Shown here: positions 39,033 to 50,410 of the stretch, in pieces
How positions within the stretch are numbered: the stretch's first letter is position 1
Layout of the letters: each line of letters opens with the position of its first letter
Made by a program: the position numbers and the translations under genes
The notes under the pieces: model-generated
Database searches by the model: none
What the model was told of the DNA's origin: nothing
Seen by the model: the letters and a program-made list of their open reading frames with translations, nothing else
NCBI GenBank assembly: GCA_963745835.1
Contig: CAVUZH010000003.1
Span: forward strand, 288,001 to 352,000
DNA: 64,000 nucleotides
Origin: an uncultured delta proteobacterium
GTDB taxonomy: Bacteria > Desulfobacterota > Binatia > UBA9968
Direction: 5' to 3'

Positions 39033-40031
39033 GTGAAGTTCATGTTCAGAGCCGTCGTCTCTTTAGCATTCACTTTTTCGTTGGTTGTCATCCATCCGTT
39101 TCTCGCCTCGGCTCAGGAACGGGTGCGGGTCGGCTGGGCGGCGATGACGGCCTCGCACACGCCACTTTGGGTGGCGCAGGAAAAGGGATTTTCAACCAAG
39201 CAGGGTCTTGCGGTCGAGTCGATCTTTTTCGGCGCCGGTCCACCGGCGATGCAGGCGCTGGTCGCGGGCGATCTCGATATCGTCATCACGTCGGCGCCTA
39301 ACGTAGTTAATCCCCGGCTCGGCGGCGCCGATACCGTGATGATACTATCGATCATCCCGACTTTCATCGACCATATAATCAGCGCACCGAATATCACCAC
39401 CCCTGAGCAGTTGCGCGGAAAGATCGGCTCGGTCAATCGCTTCGGCAGTATTTCGGACATGGGGCTGCGGCTTTCACTCCGGCGCCTGGGCATCGATCCG
39501 GAGAAGGACGTGAGGATTGTCCCCGCCGGCGGCAATCCCGAGCGGCTTGCGGCTATTTCAAAAAACATCTCGCAGTTCACCATCATGAACGAGCCTTTCA
39601 TAAAAGAAGCCGAACGCCTCGGCTATCGAGATTTAGTTAACATGGCGACGTTGAAGATCCCGCTGCACGGCAACGGCATTGTGACTACGGAGGCGATTAT
39701 CAAGAGCAAGCGACCGATGGTGACGAAGTTTGTCCGCGCGATAACCGAAGCCATCCATTACGTCAAGAACGATAAAGAGGGGACCAAGGCGGTCATAGGC
39801 AAGTACACCAAACTGACTGATCCCGAAGGCCTGGAGCGGACCTACAGAAATTACACTTCAGTTCTGCTGGAAGTGCCGTATGCTGACCCCACAGGTATAA
39901 AAACCTTGCTCGACGATATGGCGCCGCGCAATCCTAAAGCCGCATCGGCTGACCCCAAGGCATTCGTCGATCCCACCTTCGTGCAGGAAATGGAATCGAC
40001 AGGCTTCATCAAGCAACTCTACAAGCGCTAG
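39033..40031 (+). CDS. ABC substrate-binding protein, NMT1/SsuA-like
   Basis: Signal peptide; 'LWVAQEKG', 'FVDPTFVQEMESTGFIKQLY'. Confidence 0.9.
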   Translation: MKFMFRAVVSLAFTFSLVVIHPFLASAQERVRVGWAAMTASHTPLWVAQEKGFSTKQGLAVESIFFGAGPPAMQALVAGDLDIVITSAPNVVNPRLGGADTVMILSIIPTFIDHIISAPNITTPEQLRGKIGSVNRFGSISDMGLRLSLRRLGIDPEKDVRIVPAGGNPERLAAISKNISQFTIMNEPFIKEAERLGYRDLVNMATLKIPLHGNGIVTTEAIIKSKRPMVTKFVRAITEAIHYVKNDKEGTKAVIGKYTKLTDPEGLERTYRNYTSVLLEVPYADPTGIKTLLDDMAPRNPKAASADPKAFVDPTFVQEMESTGFIKQLYKR

Positions 40032-40089
40032 GATGAAACGGCGGCGCTGAGCGCGCCGATGCTGCTTCTCTTCAGAGTTTGAAGACTCG

Positions 40090-41244
40090 ATGCTGGTCGT
40101 ATTTAACCTTGGCTTCCGTCCATTCTTTCTTCTAAGCGGCGTATTCGCAGTCATCTTGATGGCTCTGTGGATCCCGGCCTTCACAGCCGGACGCGCCTTG
40201 AGCACTTACTACGGACAGATTGGTTGGCATAGCCATGAAATGATCTTCGGCTATGTCGCCGGGGTAATCGCCGGCTTTTTGCTGACTGCCGTGCGCAACT
40301 GGACCGGCCGAGCGACAGCGACCGGCGGCTCTTTAGCCGCTCTCCTGACCCTATGGCTCCTAGGCCGAATCCTGCCTTTCTTTGCCGCCACTATTCCGGC
40401 TTGGTTGATCTCTGTTGTCGATCTGGCCTTTTTACCGGCGCTTACCGTCAGCATCGCTATGCCCCTGATGCGCCAGGGCGAGAAACGCAATCTGCTCTTT
40501 TTACCGTTGATGTTGGGTTTCTTTGCCGGCAACCTGCTGGTGCATCTGGAACTTCTTGGCCTTGTTCCCGGTGTTGCTAGGCATGGCGTGTTTCTTGGCC
40601 TCTATCTGATCATACTGCTGATTGTGATCATGGGCGGAAGAGTTATTCCCTTCTTTACGGAGCGGGCTTTGCCGGGTGTTGTGATCAAGCGCCGGGCTGT
40701 CCTCGAATGGCTCGCGCCTTTGACCGTGATCGCGTTTATGCTTGCCGAGATCCTGTTCCCGAACTCGGAAGTAACGGGAGCCTTGGCCGGACTTGCCTTC
40801 ATCATCAACGGGGTTCGGATGGTGAGCTGGTATAGCCATCGGTACTGGCAAGTGCCTTTGCTGTGGGTGCTTCATCTCGGCTACGGCTGGATTGTGGTCG
40901 GCTTCTTATTGAAAGCAGCAGCAAGCTTCGGACTGATTGCGGCGCAATTCACGATTCATGCGTTTACGGTCGGCAGTATCGGCGTGCTGACTCTCGGCAT
41001 GATGGCACGGGTCTCTCTCGGGCATACTGCCAGACCTCTTAAAGTCGAATCCTCCATGGTCATAGCCTTTATCTTGATTAACGTAGCTGCCGTGCTGCGC
41101 GGCTTATTGCCCTCGATTTTCCCGCTCTGGTTTTCTCAGCTCGTTATCCTGAGTGGCATGCTCTGGATTGCGGCCTTCCTGATGTTCGCGATCGTCTATG
41201 CGCCGATTCTTACCCAGCCCAGGATCGACGGGCAGCCCGGTTAA
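40090..41244 (+). CDS. nnrS: NnrS-family membrane protein
   Basis: 'GFRPFF', 'WHSHEMIFGY', 'GFLLTAVRNWTG', 'GGRVIPFFT', 'RVSLGHTAR'. Confidence 0.93.
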   Translation: MLVVFNLGFRPFFLLSGVFAVILMALWIPAFTAGRALSTYYGQIGWHSHEMIFGYVAGVIAGFLLTAVRNWTGRATATGGSLAALLTLWLLGRILPFFAATIPAWLISVVDLAFLPALTVSIAMPLMRQGEKRNLLFLPLMLGFFAGNLLVHLELLGLVPGVARHGVFLGLYLIILLIVIMGGRVIPFFTERALPGVVIKRRAVLEWLAPLTVIAFMLAEILFPNSEVTGALAGLAFIINGVRMVSWYSHRYWQVPLLWVLHLGYGWIVVGFLLKAAASFGLIAAQFTIHAFTVGSIGVLTLGMMARVSLGHTARPLKVESSMVIAFILINVAAVLRGLLPSIFPLWFSQLVILSGMLWIAAFLMFAIVYAPILTQPRIDGQPG

Positions 41245-41375
41245 CATCCTGGGCAAACGGCATTACCTGTAGTAGAAGAGTCCGGAATATAGTGCTCCAG
41301 GGCCGGATGCGTACGACCGCTTGAACGGTTGCGGCAGCGCTCGTATGCGAACGCGTGCAGCAAGGTCAAACAATC

Positions 41376-42395
41376 ATGCGCTTCTACATCAACATTCTTA
41401 CCACCTACTTCCCCGACCTCGATCCGCCATACGATATTTATTACCAGCAGATTCTTGAGCAGATTCAACTGGCCGAAGAACTGGGATGGGAATGTTTCAT
41501 GTTTAACGAGCATCATTTCCTCGGCTACGGCGGGCTGGCCGCAAATCCAGCAGTGCTCTTAGCAGCTGCGGCGGCGCGCACGTCACGAATTCGCCTGGGG
41601 CCATGTATTGCCATTCTGCCGCTACGCCATCCACTGCATACGGCTGAGGATTATGCCATGGTCGATGCCCTGTCGGCTGGGCGGCTTGAGTTTGGCATCG
41701 GCTCAGGCAATACCGAATTGGATTACCGGGTTTTCGGCGTTACACGCGAGAATGATCGGCAACGGTTGATTGAAGCTCTGGAGATTATTTTAAAATCATG
41801 GTCCAACGAACGAAGCAGCCATCGTGGAGCATTCTGGAATTACGACGAGCTGACACTTTATCCGCGGCCGGTGCAGCGGCCGCATCCGCCGGTCTGGGTC
41901 GCCGGGACGTCGATAGAAGGTTTGGGATGGGCTGGACGCAACGGCTTCCACGTCATGATTGTCGGCCATCCGCATCCGCCTGAAAGAGTTCGTCCCGGTC
42001 TCGAGGCATGGAAGCAAGGCTTGATCGAAGCGGGCATCGATCCCAAAGAAAGGCATTGTCAATTCCATGTGCGCACTCATGTGAACGAAAGCTCAGTCGG
42101 GGCGAAGGAGATCGCTTGCGCCGCAATCAGCCGCTACGATGAAATTTCCCGAATTGGCCGCAAGTCATTGACGGTCGCCCCGGCGGATTATGATTGGCAG
42201 GCGATGCTCGCCGCGGGTCGGAATCTCTACGGCAACCCGGAGGAGTGCATCAAGATCTTTCACAACGCGCGGCAAAACTACTACTTCGACACTCTGACGA
42301 CTACTTTTAACTTCGGCGGCATTGCGCACGAGCAAATAAAAAAATCGATGCGTTTGTTCGCCAAGGAAGTGATGCCGGAGATAAAGAGCGAATAG
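41376..42395 (+). CDS. LLM-class flavin-dependent oxidoreductase
   Basis: 'EHHF', 'RTSRIRLG', 'AEDYAMVD..S.GRLEFGIG', 'PRPVQRPHPPVW'. Confidence 0.92.
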   Translation: MRFYINILTTYFPDLDPPYDIYYQQILEQIQLAEELGWECFMFNEHHFLGYGGLAANPAVLLAAAAARTSRIRLGPCIAILPLRHPLHTAEDYAMVDALSAGRLEFGIGSGNTELDYRVFGVTRENDRQRLIEALEIILKSWSNERSSHRGAFWNYDELTLYPRPVQRPHPPVWVAGTSIEGLGWAGRNGFHVMIVGHPHPPERVRPGLEAWKQGLIEAGIDPKERHCQFHVRTHVNESSVGAKEIACAAISRYDEISRIGRKSLTVAPADYDWQAMLAAGRNLYGNPEECIKIFHNARQNYYFDTLTTTFNFGGIAHEQIKKSMRLFAKEVMPEIKSE

Positions 42396-42441
42396 ATCGG
42401 CGCCACGGGTTGGCCGTTCCCGCACGACCACAGGAGGGATT

Positions 42442-43443
42442 ATGATCGGAGTTCATCTGCTGACAGCTCGTATCGGTCTTCTAATAGTGGTTCTCATTGG
42501 CGACGCGTCATTTTTCCCAGCTTCCGGGATCTCCGCCGAGAAACTCGTTGGTCTTCAGTCCGCGCCGAGCATCGCCATGGCGCTGCCATGGGTTGCCGAG
42601 GAAGCGCGGCTCTACTCGAAATATGATCTCGACTTTCAGCTGGTCTATATCGCCTCATCCGGCATCGTCACCGCGGCCATGAGCAGCGGCAGCGGCGCGG
42701 TGGCTATTGTTGGCGGCGAAGGACCGATTCGCGCTTTTCTGGGCGGCAATACCGATTTCGTCTTCATTGGCTCGGTGAAGAATGTCTTGACCCACAGCAT
42801 CATGGGCAAGCCCGACATCAAAAAACCGGAAGATTTAAAGGGTAGGCGAATCGGCGTCGGACGGATCGGCGGCAACTCGCACTACTTCGCCCAGTACGGG
42901 TTTCGCCAGAAGGGTTTGGATCTAACTCGGGATGCCAACTTCATACAGACCGGCGGCGCACCTGAAACGTTCCAGGCATTAGCCTCGGGAGCGGTCGATG
43001 CCGCTTCCCTAACGACGCCGCAAGACACGCGAGCCGCCTTCATGGGTTACAATTACGTGATTGACGGGCGCGAATTAAAACCGCCGTATGTCGCCACCGG
43101 ATTCGTGACGTTGCGATCGGTCATTGCCAAACGGCCGAAGGTCGTCAGCCATTTCATGCACGCCATGGCAGAATCGCTCAAGATCATGATGAAGGATCGC
43201 GAACTGGCTTATCGGTTGATGGCAAAGAAAATAGGTTTAACCGATCGCAAGGTTTTCGACGCCGCTTATACCGCCGAGATGAAAGTTCTAGAGCCGCGGC
43301 TCGATATCAAGCCCATTGCGATACAGGCTACTCTCGACGAAATCGCCAAAACAGACCCGCGCGCCAAGCAGGTAACCGCATCGCAACTGATCGACCGCCG
43401 ATTTCTCGATGAGATGGAAAAGGACGGGACGTTCGGGCGGTAA
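42442..43443 (+). CDS. ABC substrate-binding protein, NMT1/SsuA-like
   Basis: 'LKGRRIG', 'GAVDAA', 'LIDRRFLDEMEKDG'; close paralog of the gene at 53184. Confidence 0.9.
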   Translation: MIGVHLLTARIGLLIVVLIGDASFFPASGISAEKLVGLQSAPSIAMALPWVAEEARLYSKYDLDFQLVYIASSGIVTAAMSSGSGAVAIVGGEGPIRAFLGGNTDFVFIGSVKNVLTHSIMGKPDIKKPEDLKGRRIGVGRIGGNSHYFAQYGFRQKGLDLTRDANFIQTGGAPETFQALASGAVDAASLTTPQDTRAAFMGYNYVIDGRELKPPYVATGFVTLRSVIAKRPKVVSHFMHAMAESLKIMMKDRELAYRLMAKKIGLTDRKVFDAAYTAEMKVLEPRLDIKPIAIQATLDEIAKTDPRAKQVTASQLIDRRFLDEMEKDGTFGR

Positions 43444-43538
43444 ATGAATATTTAGTCTCTACACCTAAAGCAACTTTTTTCGATTCGCCTCATATCGTTC
43501 AGCTTTCAATCTCAACGTCGGTGCGAGACACAAGCCAA

Positions 43539-46500
43539 ATGATTCAACCATTGTCACGTCATCTACGTGTTAGAGACGACGGTACTGGCAAAGGCCGTGA
43601 CACCGACAGCACATTTGCAGAATTCGAGACGGAGGACGCGATCATTCTTCTCGGCGACCCGGGAATGGGCAAGACAACGTTCTTTAAGGACGCTTCAAAA
43701 GGAGACTATAGTACCGTCCGAGACTTTTTGATTGATCCATGTTCTATTGCTGGCAAGGCACTCTTCCTCGATGCTCTTGATGAATACAGAAGTCTTGCAA
43801 CCGGCCAAGATGCGACATCCGAGCTCGCGAAACAACTCTGCGCCTTGAACAAACCTAAATTTCGGTTGTCATGCCGAGCGGCAGACTGGTTCGGCTCACC
43901 GGATCAAGAAGCTCTCAGAACGGCAAGCGCATCAGGACGCATCATGGTTCTCGAACTGTGTCCACTTACACGTGATGAAATTCTGAAAGCTGTAGGGGGT
44001 ATAGTTCCAGACCCCATTCTATTTCTGAGTGAAGCGGAATCAGCAGGGCTCGGAAACTTATTGGCTAACCCCCAAACTCTTGAACTCGTCGCCCGGGCGT
44101 GGGGAACCGAGAAGAAGCCACGAAACAAGTTCGAGGCATACGACATCGGGGTATCTGAGTTGCTTAAGGAAATGAATATTTACCACACTCCGCGTGGGCT
44201 CCCCAGTATCAATCCCGCTGACTTGCGGAAAGCCGCAGGCGCAATCGCCTCTACATTACTCCTTTCAAACTCTGTTGGTATCTCGCGCACAGAGCCAGCG
44301 GAAGGCGCTGGCTACGTTGGGCTTTCGGTCGTGCCGTATTCGAAGACAAATGAACTTGATGCCGTGTTAAGGCGACGACTCTTTATTTCGTCCGAGGTGG
44401 ATCGGTTTGAGCCGATCCACCGAACAATTGGAGAGTTCTTGGCAGCAGAAGATCTAGCTGCGCGCGTCGGGAATGGCCTTCCGATCGATCGAGTAATGTC
44501 ACTGATATGTGCGGTTGATGGAAGACCGGTCTCATCGCTGCGGGGTCTTTTCGCGTGGTTGATGTGTAAGCTTAGCCATCTCGCAGCGGGTTACGTCGAT
44601 CGCGACCCATATGGAGTCGCGACGTACGGCGATGCGAGCGTGTTACCACCACGGGCACAATGCGCAATCTGGGCTGGACTTCGGAAGCTTCGGGACCCGT
44701 GGTTTCTCGCGAACGAGGATGATCGCGGATCATTCCGCGGTCTGGCCAATCTCGATACAATTAAAATTATACGCGAGATTCTCCAAGATGTAGGGACGGG
44801 AGTTCATCTGAAAATCACCGCTCTCGAAGCGATTGCAAACAGCACGGAATACGGATTGAACGCGATTATACGTAAGATGGCGTTGGACAAGAACGAAAAC
44901 ACGTGGATCAGGTCAACGGCTTTGAAGGCGCTGACCAGGTCTGTCCAAAGCGAAAAGGCGATGCTCGAAAGCATCGATTATGAGCTCGCGCTAGCTACGG
45001 ATGATGCCGCCGCCCTCGAATTGCGAGTTGATCTTCTTCGCCAGACACAAGCATGGGGAAGACTGCCGGCGCGTGTACTCTCAATCCTTAGAGAGGCTGC
45101 TTCTGCCAAGGAGCAGCGCGTTTTTGGCCGGTTCTATTCGCTCAGCCGTTTCCTATCTGATGGTGATTTGAACGAGATTCTCGACGGTGCCTCTCAGGTA
45201 TTAACAAATGAGAGCAGGGATGCTTTCGATCAATGGGCGCTTTTTGAGGAGTTGTTTAAACGTCGTCTTGGGAATCCCACGCCGATCACACCAGCACAAC
45301 TCGCTAATTGGCTCCAAGCCTTATCCATCGGTAGGGATCGACATCCGGAGAAGATTCTGACGCCGCTTAAGTCTCGATTTGAAAAAGATCCATCGCTCTT
45401 CAAAAGTGTCTTTGAACTACTCGCTGATGGCATGGTTATACCAGTACGGTCATTTTCGTTTTTCCTTGGCGTGCAGCTTTGGAAACTTCTGCCAGCTACG
45501 GTGTGGCCCGTTTCCCAGTCCGAATTTTTCCTGAATTGCGCCGAGCAAGACAACAACCCGGAACGTGGTGCTGACTTCTTCGGAATGTACCTGGCTTGGT
45601 TTCCGAGCGAGAGTGCGTCCAGCGAGCTGGCGGAGGCAGGTTTCCAGTTTTTGAGTCGCCGACCTGATGTTGCGAAAGTTCTTGGGAATTGGAACGTCTG
45701 CAAGATTGAAAAATGGAGAAAGGACCAGTACAAGCGGCGAAAGAAGGATAGCCGCAAACTAGCGGCAAACCGCGCGTATAATATTTCGTACTTGACACCG
45801 CGCCTGAGCATAATTCGTTCAGGAGGTGATGAAACCGCGCTAGCGTGGGCTGCACGTATCTATCTAGGAGTCTTATACGATAATGAGAATGTATCCGACG
45901 CGACGGAGCGTTTGGTCACGTTAACAAATGAGGAGATCGCCGAGGCATTTGTTGAAGGTTTTATCCGGTATGTAGAACACCGGTCGATACCGACATTACA
46001 AGCGGTGGTCGACAGCTGGCGCATACGTAAAATCCCTTACACGCACTTTTTATTGTGTTTGTCCGTCTATTTGCGGCTAAACGGGGGCATGAGCGTGCCT
46101 AAGGAAGCGTTGTCGGCTTGTATTGCGGCGGTAGTTACAGTCCCTAGTATAGGGGACAGCATACCAGGTTGGAATGACAAATTGTCAGGATGGCTGATAG
46201 ACCAAGCAGCACAGAATCCTTGAGTCGTCCGATCTGCGTTACGCCAACTGTGGGTTACTAGCGCAACAATCCGGGATGGAGTCCTGCCGGGATTTCATGA
46301 GCTGAGCCAGGACGCGAACTCTCATGAATTTCTTGCGTAAGTTGCAGCTGAGATTCTTAAAACAGAAATTACTGAGGATCTTCTCATAAGTCGTGAACTC
46401 GTATCACTACTTCTGCTCCATGATCGCCGAGCCGCCATGGAAATTGGAGAGAAGGAACTTACGCGAAACGACATATCAGCTGAAGTTCAGGCCATCTGGA

Positions 46501-47504
46501 ACACGGCTCTTTTCATGATCGATCCGGATAAATATTTGAATCGTTGGCGAACTCTGATATCCGGATCGGATGCGGCTTTGTGGCAGGTTATTGAAGTCAT
46601 CGCTCACAGAACGAACGGCGTTGTCAGTCTGACGTCGGCGCAACGAGCGGAAATCGTTACCACAATCGGACAAAGCTTTGCAAATACTCGGCATCCGATC
46701 GGCAGATCTGATGGGAGCCGAAATCCTTCGGACGCGGCGGAATTTGTGACCAATCAGATCAAGCTACTAGCCGCGAATGATTCACTGGACGCTGACGCCC
46801 ACCTCGAACGATTAGAAAATGACAACGGCTTGGCAAGCTACCGCGATCTAATAAGACATTTAAGGGCGCAGCACCAAAAGCGGCAGCGTGAACATAGCTT
46901 CACGTTTGCATCGGCTGATCAAATCGCACAGGCTATTGCAAATCGTGCTCCTGCTACTCCAAGTGACCTTTTGGCCTTTATAGTTGACCACCTCAATGCT
47001 CTCTCACACGAATTGGCACGGACACAAAAAGAGAGATACCGCGCCTACTGGAACGAAGCCGGACGGAAGCTCGTCAACCCGAAACATGAGGAGGTTTGCT
47101 CGGGACTGTTAGCCGACGATTTACAAAACCGAGTCAAGGGTCAAAACCTCATTGTAACTGTGGAACACCACATGATCGCAAACAAGGAATGCGATCTGAT
47201 GGTGTTGCAGGGGATCGAGCGGCTTTTACCGATCGAGGTCAAGCACCATTACCACCCTGAGTTATGGAGCGCATGGCGCACCCAACTTGATCGTCTTTAC
47301 ACGCGGGACGCGAAGGCAGGTGGACTTGGCGTCTATTGCGTACTGTGGTCGGGTGAGGCAAAGGGGCGCATGATGCAAAAGCTTCCGACTGGAATGATAC
47401 GTCCTATTGGCGCGGCCGAGCTTAAAAGTGCACTTGAGTCACTCATCCCGGAAATAGATCGCCACCGGCTTCGCATTGTTGTCGTAGATATTTCGGAACC
47501 TTGA
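43539..47504 (+). pseudogene. NACHT/STAND-like NTPase with C-terminal PD-(D/E)xK nuclease; two in-frame stops (TGA 46221, TAA 46338)
   Basis: Walker A 'GDPGMGKTT', Walker B 'LFLDALDE', 'SCR', 'NPQTL', 'HRTIGEFLAA'; C-terminal 'CDL..PIEVK..QLDRLY'. ORFs 43521-46223 and 46437-47504 share a frame. Confidence 0.75.
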
Positions 47505-47659
47505 TGTCCACCGCACTCGTCAAGCTAGATCTTGAAACCACGCCCGTTGTCTTAATCCGACGGTGGATGTTTCCCGTCTCACGTGAGCTCTTTTAGAGAG
47601 TTTGTGACCGCTGAATAGGCGCCCCGCTGCGCCGATAGGTCCACGCACCGCGCTGCACG

Positions 47660-47895
47660 TCGGCACCGAGCTTTACTTGAAAATCTCTACTTCGATAGAC
47701 TGATTTAGGATGTCGAAACTCTCGAGTTTCTGGGAACGGAAGTCGGCGCTGATCATTTACTGCTCGGACTGACTTTCCCTACGCGCGGGATTGGATGTTC
47801 GTCGATAAGCCGAAGGGTTGCCTGGATCGGAAACGGAAAAGTAATTGATACTCGAAGGAAATATGAGAAAGTTACTAAAAATCTCAACTATCTGA
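47660..47895 (+). pseudogene. C-terminal remnant of an amidohydrolase-2 family gene
   Basis: Broken reading 'NLYFD..DVETLEFL..VGADHLLLG/TDFPY..LILEGNMRKLLKI*'. Confidence 0.6.
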
Positions 47896-48285
47896 ACCAA
47901 AGGGGGCCCTGACGTTGCTTCAATGTTGATACACGAGGTAGCCCAGTCGGAGCATTATTATGTGCTTTGTAGCAGCATTCATTTAGGAACATTCGCAATC
48001 CCATTTAGTGCGTGCTCGTCTCAAACTTGAAACATCGGATTTTAGTAACTTCGGCCAACCGTGACTACTTCTGATGATGAGTCGCCCATCGGTGAGATCA
48101 GCGTCTCTCCGTGACCTCTCGTGTCCTGTCCTGGCTTGCCGCTAATGACTCGCTGGGAAGCAGGCATTCTTAATGCACTCTCAAGTGACTGTATGAAGTC
48201 GAAATCTGAGTATCGGTCAGGTCTGTTCGAACTGGGATTAATCGCCACTGTTTACCGGCAGGCGAGTTGTGTCTGAGGATGCTTT

Positions 48286-48531
48286 ATGAACGCAGAAATT
48301 ATCCTGAAGGACGAGGAAAAAGAATATTTGCTGCAGAGAGCTCCCGAAGGTTCACCGGCGCGAGCGATTCTAATCGGGGCTCGTCCCGACCACAATCAAC
48401 CGGCGTTAGTAATTTTTACCTGTGATGAGCAGGCGGCGTATGCGCTGCTCGAAGTAGCAGAACACCACTGTGGCTGCGCCTGGAGAGTGATGCATTACCA
48501 GATGGCAAGGCTGGGCCTTCTCAAGCATTGA
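48286..48531 (+). CDS. Small hypothetical protein
   Basis: GAGGA RBS; 81 aa; sigma54-like CAGGCATTCTTAATGCA at 48161-48177. Confidence 0.55.
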   Translation: MNAEIILKDEEKEYLLQRAPEGSPARAILIGARPDHNQPALVIFTCDEQAAYALLEVAEHHCGCAWRVMHYQMARLGLLKH

Positions 48532-48621
48532 TCTAACAACATATGCGGCCGGTAAATCATAAAGAACACAAACTATTGGTTCACCGCGGGTGGGATGTGT
48601 TTTCAAGCTAATGAGCCAACA

Positions 48622-49875
48622 ATGAGAAGATCGATCTTTCTGCTTACCATGTTGGTGTTAGTGGGCTGCGCAAAGGTTTTAGCCGTCCGCAAAATTCCCG
48701 AGGTTAGTTTAGGTGACGCAGCTTTTTTTCGTACCATCCAAGCCCATACCGGCGCACCCATGGTCAACGGAAATCGTATCGAAGTTCTACTTAACGGCGA
48801 CGAAACTTTTCCGAGAATGCTGCGCGATATCAAGAGCGCAAAATCCACAATCACATTCGCTCAGTATCTTTACGAAGATGGTTCTATCGCCCATGAATTT
48901 GCGCAGGCTTTTGCCGAACGCTGCCGAGTAGGTGTCAAAGCAGACATTCTTCTAGACCGCCATGGATCGGGTAAAGTTCCGGCCGACATCATTCGCACGA
49001 TGAAGGAGGCTGGCTGTCACGTCGAATACTTTCGTCAAATTGAAGCGGACGGAATCATCTTTCCATGGCGGTTGTTGCGCTACAATTACAGGAGCCACCG
49101 CCGAGTTTTGGTGATCGACGGTCGAATCGGATTTACCGGCGGCTATGGAGTTAGTGACGCATGGACGGGTAATGGGCGTATGCCGAAGCACTGGCGCGAT
49201 ACCAATGTGCGAATCGAAGGCCCGGTAGTTAGTTTTCTGCAGACCGCTTTTGCCGAGAGCTGGCTCGAAACGACAGGCATCGCTATTGGAGGGGACGACT
49301 ATTTTCCACGCCTTGATCAGGCCGGGACGATGCAAGCACAAATCGTCAGGAGTTCGCCGCTGGGCGGCAGCTTTCAAAATTACATGCTCTTTCTTCTCTC
49401 GATCAACTCCGCTAAAAAGTCCATCTTCATTACCAATCCATACTTCATTCCAGATGAAGTTATGAGCGATGCTCTCGTGAAAGCTGCCGCTAGAGGCGTA
49501 CGGGTAGTTATTCTAACGCCTGGAACGATCGATAATCGATTCACATATACGGCGAGCCGTAGCCATTACGGCCCTTTGCTCTTCGGCGGCGTGGAAGTTT
49601 TCGAGTACAAAGCCGCGTTCATGCATGCCAAGACTATCGTCGTCGACGGCGTATGGGCGACTATCGGCAGTACAAATATCGATAACCGTTCTTTTGCCTT
49701 GAATCAGGAAATCAATCTTACAGTTCATGACAGCACAGTGGCGCGGCATCTCGAAGAAATCTTTCGCGAGGATCTAAAGTATTCCGAGCCGGTGACTTAC
49801 GAACAGTGGCAGTCGCGAGGTGTTTTTGAACGGCTCTTTGAATTCTTTTCTTTTCCCATCAAGGAGCAGCTATGA
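48622..49875 (+). CDS. Phospholipase D-family cardiolipin synthase (ClsB-like)
   Basis: Two PLD motifs, 'HRRVLVIDG' and 'HAKTIVVDG'; 'WRDT', 'GSTNIDNRS..LNQE'. Confidence 0.88.
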   Translation: MRRSIFLLTMLVLVGCAKVLAVRKIPEVSLGDAAFFRTIQAHTGAPMVNGNRIEVLLNGDETFPRMLRDIKSAKSTITFAQYLYEDGSIAHEFAQAFAERCRVGVKADILLDRHGSGKVPADIIRTMKEAGCHVEYFRQIEADGIIFPWRLLRYNYRSHRRVLVIDGRIGFTGGYGVSDAWTGNGRMPKHWRDTNVRIEGPVVSFLQTAFAESWLETTGIAIGGDDYFPRLDQAGTMQAQIVRSSPLGGSFQNYMLFLLSINSAKKSIFITNPYFIPDEVMSDALVKAAARGVRVVILTPGTIDNRFTYTASRSHYGPLLFGGVEVFEYKAAFMHAKTIVVDGVWATIGSTNIDNRSFALNQEINLTVHDSTVARHLEEIFREDLKYSEPVTYEQWQSRGVFERLFEFFSFPIKEQL

Positions 49876-50410
49876 TTCCTAAAATTTTCACGCCGACAAG
49901 AGAAGATCAGCAATGGCTTGAGTATAGTGTTTAGGCTTGTGGCGCCGATTAGTGAATCGGATGATTTGCTTCTTGCTGCGAGTCGGCGCGAGTCCTCCGC
50001 ACACTTATCTCCTGACTGTGCGAGGCAGAAAGAGCGGTTATCCGTACTCAACGCCCGTGACACTGGTGGAGAAAGGCTGAAAACGCTGGCTAGTGACCCC
50101 ATATGGCGAAGTCGGCTGGGTACGAAACGCTCGTGCAGCCAAGCAGCGAACCCTATGGCGGTCGGAGATTTGAGACCGCAAGAATTGTGGAGCTCTCGAA
50201 CGAGGACGCCGCTCCGGTGCTAAATCAAGTTCCGGTAACTATCCGGAACCTGATAACGTCTCCCATGTAGTGTCTTGATCCCGGCAACAAATTTCTTTAT
50301 TTTTTGGGTTTCACGGTGGCTTGAGACAGGTCTGCAAGAGCGAGGGCTTTGGCTGCCCAGACTTACGGGAGACCGCAACAAAACTACTACCAAGACGGAA
50401 AGGAACTGAG

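Noticed and set aside
46221-46340. Selenocysteine or programmed readthrough in the NTPase gene
   Set aside because: No redox motif or SECIS-like hairpin after the TGA, and the second stop is TAA.
49900-50320. Possible ncRNA or intron fragment in a long spacer
   Set aside because: No tRNA cloverleaf, group II intron domain V or riboswitch motif that I can identify.
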